NCBI GenBank assembly: GCA_040397545.1
Contig: JBBAVV010000010.1
Span: 14,797 to 78,796, forward strand
Source: Pirellulales bacterium
GTDB taxonomy: Bacteria > Planctomycetota > Planctomycetia > Pirellulales > UBA1268
Direction of reading: 5' to 3'
DNA length: 64,000 nt
Shown in pieces: positions 53,315 to 63,999 of the stretch. The translations under genes were made by a program, and so were the position numbers. Below the pieces are notes generated by a model. It was not told where the DNA came from. It did not search any database and saw only the letters and a list, made by a program, of their open reading frames with translations. How positions within the stretch are numbered: position 1 is the first letter of the stretch; each line of letters opens with the position of its first letter.

Positions 53315-56300
53315 GGGGATCCGGCGGGCGGGGCATTGGGGGGAGGGTTCGGCGGAGGCGCCCCACTGTATCCGCCGGCTGCCTCGCCGGCACCCGCCAC
53401 GGGGAGGAGGGGAGGCACGACGGCAGCCGAGGGGGGCTGCCCATCGACCCCGGGCCGGGAAATGGGGGTGAGGAATCCCGTCTGCCGCCCACCGGCTGGG
53501 GCCCGCAGGGCCGCCGGCGGGGGCGGGGGAACGGCCGTGTCGCGGGCTCGCGCGTGCGATTGCCATTGCTGGAGCGCCGCAGCGAGCGTGGGGAAGGCCT
53601 CGCTTTTGATGTCGGGCTTGGCGAGCGGGCCGTCGACATGGATGAGGAGAAAACTCCCGCTCGCCCCGCCGAGCATCGACTTCATCGCCGGCAACTGCGA
53701 CTCCGAATCGCCCATGATCGAGCGAAACGTCAGATGGACAACCGAATCGAACTCGAACTCCCCACTGCCGACGAGGCTGATGGCATCACCAGAAAGCTCG
53801 ATGTTGTCCAGGTAGGCCCGCGGCCCCTCCACGCGGAAGTCGACGACCGACGATCCGAAGGCCCGCAGATCGGGTGCCTTGACGCGGAGCACCTTGAGCA
53901 TGGCGAGGACGACGGGCAGCTCGTAGATATCGGCATCGCGCAGACGGATCTGCCCCCGTCCGACAAGGGAATGGGATCCGGCCCGCGAACCGGAGAGTTC
54001 GAGGCCACCGAACACGCGCCCCTTGTAGGGCCGCGATCCTCCGGCCAATCCCCGCCCGGTGTCGGCCGTGATCCGTTCGAGATCGGCGTCGGAGAGGGTT
54101 GCGGCGAGGGTGAATCCTCCGCCCTCACCGGCGTCGACCCGGCCATCGAGGGCGACGGTTCCTCCGGCGAGACGGGCCACGAGTCGGCGCGGCTCCCCCT
54201 CTCCGTCCCGCGCCGCCGCGGCACCGAACCGCACCCCCGCGGCATCGATCGCCAACGGCCCCTCGACGCCCGTCAGCTGGACGCCTCGGCAGATGGCGCT
54301 GTCGATCTGCATGTCACCATCGCAGCGCCAGGTCCGCCCGTCGCTCTGGCCACGGAGGTGAACTCCGCCATGGACGTGCTCCATCGGGGTGCCGAGCTCG
54401 AGCGAGGCCTGCTCGAGATCGAGCTGCATGTCCCATGAGGCCGCGGCGGGACCGGGGCGCCCCTCCGCCGTCGACTGGGTCGAGTAGATGTCGAGCGACC
54501 CATCGATCGAGAGCAGCCCGTGGGGATGGACGGCGGCGATCGCGCGTCGCAGCGCGGCGGGCATCGCCTCGAGGACGTCATGCTCGGCCCGGAAGCGGTC
54601 GGCCGCCAGTCGCGAGAACGACACGTGCCAGCCGCCATCGGGGAGGAATCGGCAGATGCCGTCGGTGGCCACGGTCGTCCGGGCGTGCCGGCCGCGCACC
54701 CCGCCGAAGCGGAGCAGGCCGTCCTTCCATTCGAGATTCCCCTTGAGCTGCTCGAGACGGTAGGGGAACCACGACGGCTCGATCGACACCGTGTCGCCGT
54801 GCGGCGTGGCCCGGACCTCGACTGAGGTGCCGCGGGCGCGGATGGCATGGCGGATCGTGGCCTGGAAGTCGATCATCCCGCGCGGGTCGAGGTCGTCCCA
54901 GACATTGCGGGCGCCGCGGGGGAGGGCGTCGCGCAGCTCGCGTTCGATCACCACCCCCTGCCCGGTCAGCTCGAGCGTCAGCTCGCCGTCGTCGGCGCCG
55001 CGGGGCACGAGCCCGCCGGTGCAGCGCACCGTCCCGGTGTCGTTGCTACCGGCGATGTCGCGGATCGTCCAGGTGCCATCCTGCATCCGCAGGCTCCCCT
55101 GCACCTTCGTGAGCGGATAGGGGAAGCCGGCGTAGTTCATCGAGCAGTCGACAAGGCGGATCGCCAGGGAATTGGAGTGGCCGACGGGGAAACGGGCATC
55201 GCGTTCATGCCGGAAGACGAAATCGAAGACACCGGCGGCGCGCAGCGAACGGACGATCGCCTGACTGCGGGCGGGCATCGCGGCGAGCAGGCCGTCGTCG
55301 ACGCGCATCGCGTCGCCGCGGACCTCGAGGGCGCCGGCCGTCCCCTGCGGCGTCGACCGGAAGGCTCCTTCGATGTGGACGGGGCGCCCGCCGGCCTGCC
55401 CGGTGAGGTGGATTGCCACCGAACCGCCGTCGACGACGACGGTGCCGACGGTGCGGTCGACGCGGTACGGGAAACGGTAGTGGGTGAGCGACGCGTTCCG
55501 GCAACGGATCGAGACCTTCGGGTCGATCGCTCCGGAACGGCGGGTGAACTGGGCCCGCAGATCGACCTCGCCGGCGGGGAGGAGCCGGCTCCACTGCACC
55601 TTCCAGGCATCGGGAAGGAGCCCTTCCCACTGCCGGTCGACGACGAGGCGATCGGCCTCGAGGAGGAGGTCGAAGTCGGCATCACCCCTCCATCCGCCCA
55701 ACCGCCCTGATCCGCGAAGCAGCGCCGACCCAGTGTGGGCCTCGAGCCGCTCGCAGCGGACCCCCGTCCGGTCGGCGACGAAGGCCGCCGAGATGTCGCG
55801 GAGCGGAAAGGGGAGCGAGGCATGTTCGTAGCGCCCAGATTCCAACCGGGCGGCCACGGTCGTCTGGGTGGCGCCGAGGTCGCCGAGGGAGCCGGCGGCC
55901 CGCCACCCCAGATCGATCCGGCCCCGCAGGCCGCCGCCGAAGCGGCGGATCTCGGCCGCTCGCTCCGCCGACCCGAGCGACTCCGCCTCGGCTGCCACCA
56001 ACTGCATGAGGCGGGGGGCGACGTCGATCGATTCGATCGCCCCGGTGAGGTCGAAGCCGCCGGTGGCGGGGAGCAGCCTCCCCTGGACGCTCGCCCGGTC
56101 GAACAAATCGCCGTCGGCGCTGCCCCGGACGGCGACGGCGCCCTCGGCCTCGGGCTGGAGGTCGACCTGGACACGGCGGAGCGTCGTCCGGGCCTGGAGC
56201 CGGAGGTCATCGACCAGGAGCGTGCCATCCTCGACGCTCACCGGCACCATCGTCCCATCGCCGGCCCGGCGGGTGAGGCGGGCGATGTTCCACATTCCCT

Positions 56301-56682
56301 GGTGATGCCGCACGACATGGACAACCGCCCTCCGGACACGGACCGCGCCGATCTTCGGCCTGCCGCCGGAGAGGTCCGCAAGCGTCGTCCCGCAGGCCAG
56401 CCGCACCTCGTCGATCCACACCAACTGCCGCCACTGTTGGGGCATCTTCGGGTCGGTGAGCGAGACACCGCGGAGGACGAGCCCCTCCCCAGAGACGACG
56501 CTCGCCCCCTGCACCTGGACGACGAGATCGGGGAACTCCCGCGCCAGCCGGGCCTCGGCGCGGATCCGCACCTCCTCGCCGAGCCGGTTCGACCCGATGG
56601 CGACGGCGGCGATCACGGCCGCGACCGTGACAGGCACGGTCCAGCGCACGACCGTCCAGAGCGTGTCGGAGAAACTGTTCAA
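53311..56682 (-). CDS. AsmA-like (repeating beta-groove) envelope protein
   Basis: Single N-terminal TM helix followed by about 1100 aa of repetitive beta strands (FPYRL-type repeats) and an AsmA-like C-terminus. TTG start at 56682 is inferred; the ORF track starts at 56910. Confidence 0.72.
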   Translation of the reverse strand: MNSFSDTLWTVVRWTVPVTVAAVIAAVAIGSNRLGEEVRIRAEARLAREFPDLVVQVQGASVVSGEGLVLRGVSLTDPKMPQQWRQLVWIDEVRLACGTTLADLSGGRPKIGAVRVRRAVVHVVRHHQGMWNIARLTRRAGDGTMVPVSVEDGTLLVDDLRLQARTTLRRVQVDLQPEAEGAVAVRGSADGDLFDRASVQGRLLPATGGFDLTGAIESIDVAPRLMQLVAAEAESLGSAERAAEIRRFGGGLRGRIDLGWRAAGSLGDLGATQTTVAARLESGRYEHASLPFPLRDISAAFVADRTGVRCERLEAHTGSALLRGSGRLGGWRGDADFDLLLEADRLVVDRQWEGLLPDAWKVQWSRLLPAGEVDLRAQFTRRSGAIDPKVSIRCRNASLTHYRFPYRVDRTVGTVVVDGGSVAIHLTGQAGGRPVHIEGAFRSTPQGTAGALEVRGDAMRVDDGLLAAMPARSQAIVRSLRAAGVFDFVFRHERDARFPVGHSNSLAIRLVDCSMNYAGFPYPLTKVQGSLRMQDGTWTIRDIAGSNDTGTVRCTGGLVPRGADDGELTLELTGQGVVIERELRDALPRGARNVWDDLDPRGMIDFQATIRHAIRARGTSVEVRATPHGDTVSIEPSWFPYRLEQLKGNLEWKDGLLRFGGVRGRHARTTVATDGICRFLPDGGWHVSFSRLAADRFRAEHDVLEAMPAALRRAIAAVHPHGLLSIDGSLDIYSTQSTAEGRPGPAAASWDMQLDLEQASLELGTPMEHVHGGVHLRGQSDGRTWRCDGDMQIDSAICRGVQLTGVEGPLAIDAAGVRFGAAAARDGEGEPRRLVARLAGGTVALDGRVDAGEGGGFTLAATLSDADLERITADTGRGLAGGSRPYKGRVFGGLELSGSRAGSHSLVGRGQIRLRDADIYELPVVLAMLKVLRVKAPDLRAFGSSVVDFRVEGPRAYLDNIELSGDAISLVGSGEFEFDSVVHLTFRSIMGDSESQLPAMKSMLGGASGSFLLIHVDGPLAKPDIKSEAFPTLAAALQQWQSHARARDTAVPPPPPAALRAPAGGRQTGFLTPISRPGVDGQPPSAAVVPPLLPVAGAGEAAGGYSGAPPPNPPPNAPPAGSP

Positions 56683-56924
56683 GGGATGGGGCGCAGAGGA
56701 CTTCCGGCCGAGACGGATGGGAACGGGTCGAACGGGGGCGGGAGGGTACGCGCTCGGGAAACCCGGGGTCAACAGCCCCTCACGCCCGGTTTCCCCGCGG
56801 CCCGGCCGGGCCGAACGCCCCCGATTCCGTGAACCGCGCCCCCTTGCTATAGTGCCGATCCTCACATGCCGTTTCCGGGGGGAAGCGGCATGGATTTTCC
56901 CAACATTCACGCAAGCGAGATCGC

Positions 56925-58634
56925 ATGAACGCGCCCGAGCACTCCGCCCACTCCACCGCCGACGCCGGTACGCCGGCGGGCGTCAACGCCCAGCGGCTCC
57001 TCTGGGCAGGCTTCATGGCGATCGCGGCCGCGGGGGTCGGCTTCTCGATCCGTGCCGGCATCCTCGGCCAGTGGGCCGAGCAGTACGGCTTCACCCAGAC
57101 CGAACTGGGCGCTATCACTGGCGGCGGCCTGACCGGCTTCGGCATCATCATCCTCCTCTCCAGCCTGATTGCCGACCGGATCGGATTCGGCCGGCTGATG
57201 ACCGCCGCGTTCGCCACCCACATCGTGTCGGCCGTCCTCACCCTGGCGGCGGGGGCCGCCTACGCTTCGGGGGGGAAGCCCGCGGCCTACTTCTGCCTCT
57301 TCTGGGGCATGTTTCTCTTCGCCATCGGAAACGGCATCGCCGAAGCGGTCGTCAATCCCCTCGTCGCGACCCTTTTCCCCAAAGACAAGACCCACTACCT
57401 CAACATCCTCCACGCCGGCTGGCCGTTTGGCCTGATCGTCGGCGGCCTCGCCAGCTACTTCATGACGGGCGGCGCCGGCACGAAGCCGGTCGCCTGGCAG
57501 ACACAGATCTCCCTCTTCCTCGTGCCGGTCGCGGTCTACGGCCTGATGCTCCTCGGTCAACGGTTCCCGAAGAGCGAGGCAAGCCTATCGGGCGTCTCCT
57601 ACCGCGACATGCTCGGTGAGCTCGGAATGATGGGCGCCGCTGTGATCTGTGCCCTGCTGGCTCTGTTCTTCAAGAGCGATCTCCAGTTCCCGCTGTGGCT
57701 CGCGGCCGCCGCCGGCGCGGCTTTGCTCGTGGCCTTCGGCGCCGTCACCGGCTGGAAGATCGGCTACCCGATGCTCGCCTTCCTCCTGGTCATCCACGCA
57801 CTGGTGGGCTATGTCGAGCTCGGTACCGACTCCTGGATCAGCAAGATCACCGGGAACATCATGGCCAGCAAGGCCAACGGCCTGCTCCTGTTCGTCTACG
57901 CCTCGGCGCTGATGTTCGTGCTGCGGTTCTTCGCGGGGCCGATCGTCGAGCGGATCTCGCCACTCGGCCTGCTCGCCGTCTCGGCCCTACTCGGGGCTCT
58001 CGGTCTCACGTTTCTGGGCTATGCCGAGGGGGGGTTGATGTGCGTACTCGCCATGACCGTCTACGGCATCGGGAAGACGTTCCTCTGGCCGACGATGCTC
58101 GCGGTCGTGAGCGAGCAGTTCCCCAAGGGAGGCGCGATCACGATCGGCGCGACCGGCGCCGCGGGAATGCTCTCCGCCGGACTGCTCGGCGGCCCTGGAA
58201 TCGGCTTCTTCCAGGACCAGAACGCATCGCAGAATCTCAAGCAGGCCGACCAGGCGGTCTTCGAGCGTTACAAATCGGACAAGGAAGGGGAGTTCCTCTG
58301 GCTGAAGTCGGTCGGCCTCGACGGCAGGAAGGCCGCCGTGCTCGAGGATGGCGGCCAGGAGGCCCAACGGGCGCTCGATCTGATGCGTTCCGACAAGAAC
58401 ACCAATCCGAAGGCGCTCGCCGAGCAGGAGAGCCTCGTGAAGTGGTGGGACACCTCCGCCGCGGCGACGGGTGCCAACGACAAGACGCTCGTCGAGGCAG
58501 CTGGGTTGTTCGGCGGACGCCAGGCCCTCAAGCTCACGGCCCTCGTACCGGCGACCATGCTCCTCTGTTACCTCGCCCTCCTCGGCTGGTTCAAGTCGCG
58601 CGGTGGCTATCAGGCCCGCGGAGTGCATCACTGA
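56925..58634 (+). CDS. MFS transporter (putative sugar transporter)
   Basis: IADRIGFGR, EAVVNPLVATLFP, LHAGWP, ELGTDSW, RFFAGP, GKTFLWPTM. A possible extended -10 (TGCTATAGT) lies at 56845-56853. Confidence 0.88.
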   Translation: MNAPEHSAHSTADAGTPAGVNAQRLLWAGFMAIAAAGVGFSIRAGILGQWAEQYGFTQTELGAITGGGLTGFGIIILLSSLIADRIGFGRLMTAAFATHIVSAVLTLAAGAAYASGGKPAAYFCLFWGMFLFAIGNGIAEAVVNPLVATLFPKDKTHYLNILHAGWPFGLIVGGLASYFMTGGAGTKPVAWQTQISLFLVPVAVYGLMLLGQRFPKSEASLSGVSYRDMLGELGMMGAAVICALLALFFKSDLQFPLWLAAAAGAALLVAFGAVTGWKIGYPMLAFLLVIHALVGYVELGTDSWISKITGNIMASKANGLLLFVYASALMFVLRFFAGPIVERISPLGLLAVSALLGALGLTFLGYAEGGLMCVLAMTVYGIGKTFLWPTMLAVVSEQFPKGGAITIGATGAAGMLSAGLLGGPGIGFFQDQNASQNLKQADQAVFERYKSDKEGEFLWLKSVGLDGRKAAVLEDGGQEAQRALDLMRSDKNTNPKALAEQESLVKWWDTSAAATGANDKTLVEAAGLFGGRQALKLTALVPATMLLCYLALLGWFKSRGGYQARGVHH

Positions 58635-58636
58635 CC

Positions 58637-58721
58637 GGGTTGAGCCCGGCCTCCCGGGGCCGGGGTGGGCTAAGCCCGGCCTCCCAGGGCTGGGTGGTGG
58701 TTGAGCCCGGCCTCCCGGGGC
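58637..58721. repeat. Three tandem ~24-bp REP-like palindromic repeats between convergent genes
   Basis: GGGTTGAGCCCGGCCTCCCGGGGC (58637), GGGCTAAGCCCGGCCTCCCAGGGC (58667), TGGTTGAGCCCGGCCTCCCGGGGC (58698), with a CCCGG-cctc-CCGGG hairpin core. Confidence 0.8.
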
Positions 58722-58778
58722 GCAGTTCGATCGATCGACGCCCGGCACTTCCCTGCAGGAGTGCCGGGCGTCGGCGTT

Positions 58779-59840
58779 TCAGCGGGCGTTTTCGCCTGGT
58801 GAAATACCGGGGCGAAGTTCGATGCTCCCCGATGGGACGACACTCCCCCGCACGCCGCCCGGCAGGCAGAGCGTGGCCGCTTCCCGGCGCTCCGCCGCGG
58901 CAAGCAGGGCCACGAGGCGCGCATAGTGGGCGGCCGTCATGTCGCGCTCCGGCCAGCCCTCCTGCCGCCACAGGGCCACGAACACCGCGGCGAGGAGATG
59001 GGGATCGAGGCCTGCCAAGCCAGCGGCATCGAGGCTGACGGCGCCGGCGGCCAAGCGGCGGGCATGGCGGTCGAGGAGGTATCCGGCCGCGCTGTCGAGG
59101 GCCTTCGAGACAAGCCCCGCCTGTTGCCCGAGGCGAACGAGCGCCTCGGTGGCCGCCGGCCAGGCCCCCGCCTCGAGACGCGGCAACACCTGGTGCCGGA
59201 GGAACGCCCGGGAGAAGCGGGGATCGGCGTTCATCGCGTCCTCGCGCCACGCGCGCCCCCGATCGACGAGAAACCGCCGGAGCTCGCCCCGGCGGACGCC
59301 CAACAGTGGCCGGATGAGGGCCACGCCATCGACCAGCCGCCGAGCCGACTTCATCCCCGCCAATCCGGCTACCCCCGTCCCGCGCAGCGCCCGGTGGAGG
59401 ATCGTCTCGGCCTGATCGTCGGCCGTGTGCGCCACGAGCAGATGCCGCGCCCCACGCTCGTGGGCGAGCCTTCCGAGCCAGTCGTACCGGAGCCGCCGGG
59501 CGCGGGCCTCGAGCCCCTCGCCGCCGTTCCCCGTCGCTCCCCCCGAGCCGAGCCGCTTTGTCACGACCTCCACGCCGAGCTCGGAAGCGAGGGCCGAGAC
59601 GAAACGAAGATCGTCTTCAGCCTCGGGCCGCAGGCCGTGGTGGGCATGGGCGACGAGGATCCGCCCGCTTGCCCCGCCGCGGCGGGCGAGCGTCACCAGC
59701 GCTACGAGGAGCGCGACACTGTCGGCCCCACCGGAGACGCCGACGACCGCCGGCCACTCCCAGAATCCCCGCTGTGGCAGCGCCGCAGCGAGCGTCTCCG
59801 CGAGGTCTTGATCCGATCGGTCGTGCGGGGAGTCTGCCAT
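58779..59840 (-). CDS. tilS: tRNA(Ile)-lysidine synthetase
   Basis: PP-loop VGVSGGADS, HAHHGLR, ARRLRY, AHTADDQAET, RGTG, LIRPLL. Confidence 0.93.
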   Translation of the reverse strand: MADSPHDRSDQDLAETLAAALPQRGFWEWPAVVGVSGGADSVALLVALVTLARRGGASGRILVAHAHHGLRPEAEDDLRFVSALASELGVEVVTKRLGSGGATGNGGEGLEARARRLRYDWLGRLAHERGARHLLVAHTADDQAETILHRALRGTGVAGLAGMKSARRLVDGVALIRPLLGVRRGELRRFLVDRGRAWREDAMNADPRFSRAFLRHQVLPRLEAGAWPAATEALVRLGQQAGLVSKALDSAAGYLLDRHARRLAAGAVSLDAAGLAGLDPHLLAAVFVALWRQEGWPERDMTAAHYARLVALLAAAERREAATLCLPGGVRGSVVPSGSIELRPGISPGENAR

Positions 59841-60016
59841 GCCCTCCCATTTTGCCGCCGCGGCACGGTCTGCCGCCATCGGGCTCCCGAAAGCCGGTGC
59901 CAACGTGGGGGAAGGCGACCTTCCGCCATGGTCCTCTCATGGCTACAGTCCCGGCCCATCCGGCCCCGGCCGCCCTCCGTGCGGCTGCTCCGGAGTCCAC
60001 CCCCGAGGGATCTCGC

Positions 60017-60697
60017 ATGTGCCCCGCCCGTGCCGTCGCTGAAGCCGGTTCCCGGTCATCGCGTCGCCCGCTTCTGGCTGGCTTCTGCCTGGCCGTCGCG
60101 TCGCTCTTGCCGGTGGCGTCCGGCTGCTCCACGCTCCTCACGGCGGCTTATCTCATCGCCCCCCAGGACACTCCGGCGGAGTACAAGGGACTCAAAGGGA
60201 AGCATGTCGCGGTGATCTGCAAGCCGATCGTCGAGCTCGAGTTCAGCGATGCCGGATCCTCCCGCGAGTTGGCCGGCACCGTCGGCGCCCTGATCGAGAA
60301 AAACGTCCGCAAGACCCGCGTCATCAGTCAGGACGAGGTCGCCCGGTGGATCGATGAGAACTCCTGGATCGACTACCCCACCGTCGGCAAGTCGCTGGAC
60401 GCCGACATGGTGGTGGGGATCGATCTGGAATCGTTCCGCATGCACGAGGGATCGACGCTCTACCGGGGCCGCGCGAGCTTCACCGTGAGGGTGTTCGACG
60501 TCGCCGAGAAGAAGGTCGTGTTCACGAAGCGCTACGACGACTTCAGCTTCCCGACCGACGGCGCCATGCCGGTCAGCGACCGCTCCGAAGCGCAGTTCCG
60601 CGCCATGTTCCTCCAGATCCTCGCCCAGCGGATCTCGCGCAACTTCCACGCCTACGACAGCCGCGAGAGCTTCGCCGACGGAAATCTCACCTTCTGA
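60017..60697 (+). CDS. Hypothetical lipoprotein
   Basis: Hydrophobic stretch ending in the lipobox-like VASG-C, and strongly biased codon usage. Confidence 0.72.
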   Translation: MCPARAVAEAGSRSSRRPLLAGFCLAVASLLPVASGCSTLLTAAYLIAPQDTPAEYKGLKGKHVAVICKPIVELEFSDAGSSRELAGTVGALIEKNVRKTRVISQDEVARWIDENSWIDYPTVGKSLDADMVVGIDLESFRMHEGSTLYRGRASFTVRVFDVAEKKVVFTKRYDDFSFPTDGAMPVSDRSEAQFRAMFLQILAQRISRNFHAYDSRESFADGNLTF

Positions 60698-60854
60698 CTT
60701 CACGTGGACCAAGCCATCCATGGCCTCCAACCGGCTGCCCCGACAGCCGACATCGAAAGCCACTTGGGGGCGTGACCACCTCCGCGGGGACGCGGATGTC
60801 ATCTTCACGCCCCGAGGAGCGTAGCATCCGGCGACGCCCGCCAGCGCCGGGCGG

Positions 60855-62843
60855 TCAGAGGTTCTTGAGATTCCGCTTCGGCTTGGGGGGCCCGAGCTTC
60901 CGCTTCTGGTCGTCCGTGGGGGGAGCGGGAACGTTCTGGTTATTGCCGGCATCGGCCATCTGCGGCGTGTTCACCCCGGTAAACCGCTCTGTCCACCGAT
61001 AGCCCAGCGGCGTCCGCAATTCCGTGGCGGCGAGCTGGGCCCACGGCGTGCCCGTGTGGTCGTGGACCACGCCCTCGAGGAGCTCGGTCGCCTGCTTGGC
61101 GAGTTTCTCCGTCTGCGATCCGACCGTGACGTCGTCGCTCGGCTCCAACTGCCAGGTGTCGCTCTTCTCGTCCTGAAACTTCATCCCCAGCTTGGCTTGG
61201 GCGAGCATCTGGTTGTAGGCATCGGTGCGGACCTTCGCCGCGAGCACCCTCCCGAGCGCCAGATCATAGCCCGCCTGCCACCGTCGCTCCTTGATCGCCA
61301 CGCGCCCCGCGGCACCGGCCGTCAACGTGGCATGAAGCGCGTCGATCTGCGGCTGGGCCTTCGCGGCCGCCTTCTGGGCCTCGGAGAGGAGCCCTGCCAG
61401 GGACGGTTCGTCGCGCCTGGGGAACGTCATCACCGGCGACTCCATCGGCCGGATCTCGGTCGATCGGGCCGCCTCGACGAGCGCACGCTTCGCCACGTTG
61501 GCAGCGATGTCCTGCTGGAGTTTCGCCGCCGAGACGTAATCGGGCTGATAGGCATGCATCACGTCGGGGTCGAAGAAGTAGCGGATCTGCGATGCCATCG
61601 GCGCCACCATCTGGTTGGTGACCCGGCCGCGCTCGCCGCTGTTGGGATGAACGCGGAAATAGATCCCGCCGGTCTCCGCGCACAGCTTGGAGAGGCTGAA
61701 AGGCCCGAAGCCCGAGTCGATCGCCTCGTCCTCGCGGGCCCCGCTGCGGACACGAACCACCTCGGGGAAGAGCGTCTCCGGCCCCTGCTCGATGACCGCC
61801 CACTGCTCGTCCTCCCCGGCATCGAACTTGGGGTCGAACTCGACGTATTTCATCCGCACCTCGCGCATCCCGAACGGCGCCGGCACGCCAACGACATAGA
61901 CTGGAATGCCGAGCTTGCGGCAGTGCTGTGCCGTCTGATCGGCGAGCTGCTGGTCGTTCCCCACCTCGTCGGTGAAGGCGACGATCATGACGTTCTTCTT
62001 CGGTGCGGAGGTGCGGTAGATCCTCGCGCTGTCGGCGGCGGCCCGGATCGCGGCGAAGGTCATCTCGACGCCGGAATCATCGACCGGCACCGCATCGATC
62101 GCCCGGATCACCTCGGCCACGTCGTCGGTCGGCTTCTTGGTGACCAGCGAAACGTTCTTGCCGAACGCAACGACGAGGTTTTGGAGATCGGGACGGTGCC
62201 GCTGCGAACGGTCGGCCCCGAGCTCCTGGAACACCCGCTCCAGCCGGCTGGCAATCTCCTTCCGCTGGGCCGAGAGGCTGACCGACTGGTCGAACACCCA
62301 AACGACGACCGTCGGCCGCTGCCGGAGCGAGGCGTCGATCTCGGCCGTCAGCCTGTCGACGGCCCCGGCGGCGCCGCTCGTCGTCGCCCCGACCGCCCCC
62401 CGGACGACGATCGTCTCGTCGATCTCGGTGGCGGTGGGAAGCTCATCGAGCGGGTCGACCTGAATGTCGCCGACGAGTTCCGGGATGGTCTCCACGGGCG
62501 TCATCGAAACGGCGTCGAGAACCGGGGCGAGCGACTGGGCGACATCAGCCGACTGATCCTCGCCGGCGGCACCGGTCTCCGCCGGCATGTCGCTGACGAT
62601 CATCTCCTGCGGCGCCAGATCGATCTCCTCGTCACGCTCCAGCGGCGTCTCGATGACGGTCACGGCCGGACGGGTCGGCGGCGGCGTGGCGACGCCGACC
62701 AGGGCGAGCGTGAGCAGGAGCACGACATGGAGCACGAGGCTGGCAGCGAGTGCCGGAAGGTCGCGTGACAGGACCGCCGCAGACTCCATCACCCCGTCAT
62801 CGGGGCCGTCCGGCTCTCCGTCAGCTGTGATGTGGCGTGCCAT
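60855..62843 (-). CDS. VWA domain-containing membrane-anchored protein
   Basis: N-terminal TM SLVLHVVLL, acidic linker, MIDAS motif VFDQSVSL, FTDE, TGGIYF. Confidence 0.85.
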   Translation of the reverse strand: MARHITADGEPDGPDDGVMESAAVLSRDLPALAASLVLHVVLLLTLALVGVATPPPTRPAVTVIETPLERDEEIDLAPQEMIVSDMPAETGAAGEDQSADVAQSLAPVLDAVSMTPVETIPELVGDIQVDPLDELPTATEIDETIVVRGAVGATTSGAAGAVDRLTAEIDASLRQRPTVVVWVFDQSVSLSAQRKEIASRLERVFQELGADRSQRHRPDLQNLVVAFGKNVSLVTKKPTDDVAEVIRAIDAVPVDDSGVEMTFAAIRAAADSARIYRTSAPKKNVMIVAFTDEVGNDQQLADQTAQHCRKLGIPVYVVGVPAPFGMREVRMKYVEFDPKFDAGEDEQWAVIEQGPETLFPEVVRVRSGAREDEAIDSGFGPFSLSKLCAETGGIYFRVHPNSGERGRVTNQMVAPMASQIRYFFDPDVMHAYQPDYVSAAKLQQDIAANVAKRALVEAARSTEIRPMESPVMTFPRRDEPSLAGLLSEAQKAAAKAQPQIDALHATLTAGAAGRVAIKERRWQAGYDLALGRVLAAKVRTDAYNQMLAQAKLGMKFQDEKSDTWQLEPSDDVTVGSQTEKLAKQATELLEGVVHDHTGTPWAQLAATELRTPLGYRWTERFTGVNTPQMADAGNNQNVPAPPTDDQKRKLGPPKPKRNLKNL

Positions 62844-62979
62844 GCTCTCCCCTCGGCCGTCAGCCGCCCGGCCCGCTCACGGGACTGGAGCAGACTTCAC
62901 CTGAGATTCTACCCAATCCGACGGGGAGAGACGCGATCCAGGTCGATTTTCTCCGTCGCTGGCCCACCCCTCCCCGCCG

Positions 62980-63999
62980 TCAGGGGAGGCGTAAGTCCGT
63001 CCCGGCCACGAGGAGGGCCGGACTGCGAAGCTGGTCGCGATTGGCCTCCCACAGCCGGGCGGCCATGGCACGGTCACCATAAAACCGTACCGCGAGGCTC
63101 TCGAGCGATTCCCCCGGGGCGACCCTGACCCGAGCCGGGCGGCGTGCCGGCTCGATTGGCGCCCCCCCGCCGGCGAGCCCCCGCTGACGGATCGCGGGAG
63201 GAACCCAGGTGGGGGGAATGCGAAGCGCGAGCCCGATCGGCAGAACTGCCGGATCGGCCAGCCGGTCACGGTTCGCCGACCAGATCGCCTCTGCAGCGCC
63301 GGGGTGACCGTAGAGACGGGTTGCGATCGAGGTCAGATCGTCACCGTCCCGGATCGTGTACTGGCTGGGAGCGGCCGATGGCGCCGGCGTCATCGCCACC
63401 GGCACGCTGCCGGCCCCCGGCGGAGCGGAAGCCTCGAGCGGCACCGGATGGAGCTCGGCCGCCACGGTGTGGATCACGCCCCCACCCGACATCTGCCCCA
63501 CCGCCAACATCGCCGGACCGTCGCGCGCGGGGGTGCTGACCGCCAGCGGCGCCGGCGCCGAGACGTCGAGGAGAGGGGGCGGGGGAACGTCGAGGGTCGA
63601 GCGGTAGGTGTTGTTGAAGGCGGGGGGGGCGAGCGTCAGATCGGTCGGCGGCACCGGGAGCACGTCAGGTGGCGGCGGCGGCTGATAGCCCGCCGAGGGG
63701 GCGCGGAGGCCGTCGCCCGGGCGGGGAAGGCCGACCGCCTCCTGCGGTGCGGCCCCGTCGGGGACACCGACGACCGCGGAGCGGGGATCGGGAATGCAGT
63801 ACCCACCGGCCCGCACGGGGCCCGGAGCAGACACCGGGCCCGCTCCCGCCCAGGCTGCGGGGCCCGCTGGAGCCGATTCTGTCACCGATTCGACCCCGTT
63901 GGCCCCGGCTCGGTGAGCCTCGACGAGCCGCGTGGCCATCGGTGCGGCCAGGGAGACCCCGGTTACGACCATCACCAATCCGGTCAGAAACCTTACGGT
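62980..63999 (-). CDS. LysM peptidoglycan-binding protein (2 LysM domains; start beyond window edge)
   Basis: YTIRDGDDLTSIATRLYG..IWSAN and VAPGESLESLAVRFYG..LWEAN, with a Pro-rich linker. The frame is open to the window end. Confidence 0.82.
   Translation of the reverse strand, partial: TVRFLTGLVMVVTGVSLAAPMATRLVEAHRAGANGVESVTESAPAGPAAWAGAGPVSAPGPVRAGGYCIPDPRSAVVGVPDGAAPQEAVGLPRPGDGLRAPSAGYQPPPPPDVLPVPPTDLTLAPPAFNNTYRSTLDVPPPPLLDVSAPAPLAVSTPARDGPAMLAVGQMSGGGVIHTVAAELHPVPLEASAPPGAGSVPVAMTPAPSAAPSQYTIRDGDDLTSIATRLYGHPGAAEAIWSANRDRLADPAVLPIGLALRIPPTWVPPAIRQRGLAGGGAPIEPARRPARVRVAPGESLESLAVRFYGDRAMAARLWEANRDQLRSPALLVAGTDLRLP

Noticed and set aside
58637-58721. CRISPR array
   Set aside because: Spacers are only 6-7 nt and there are no cas genes.
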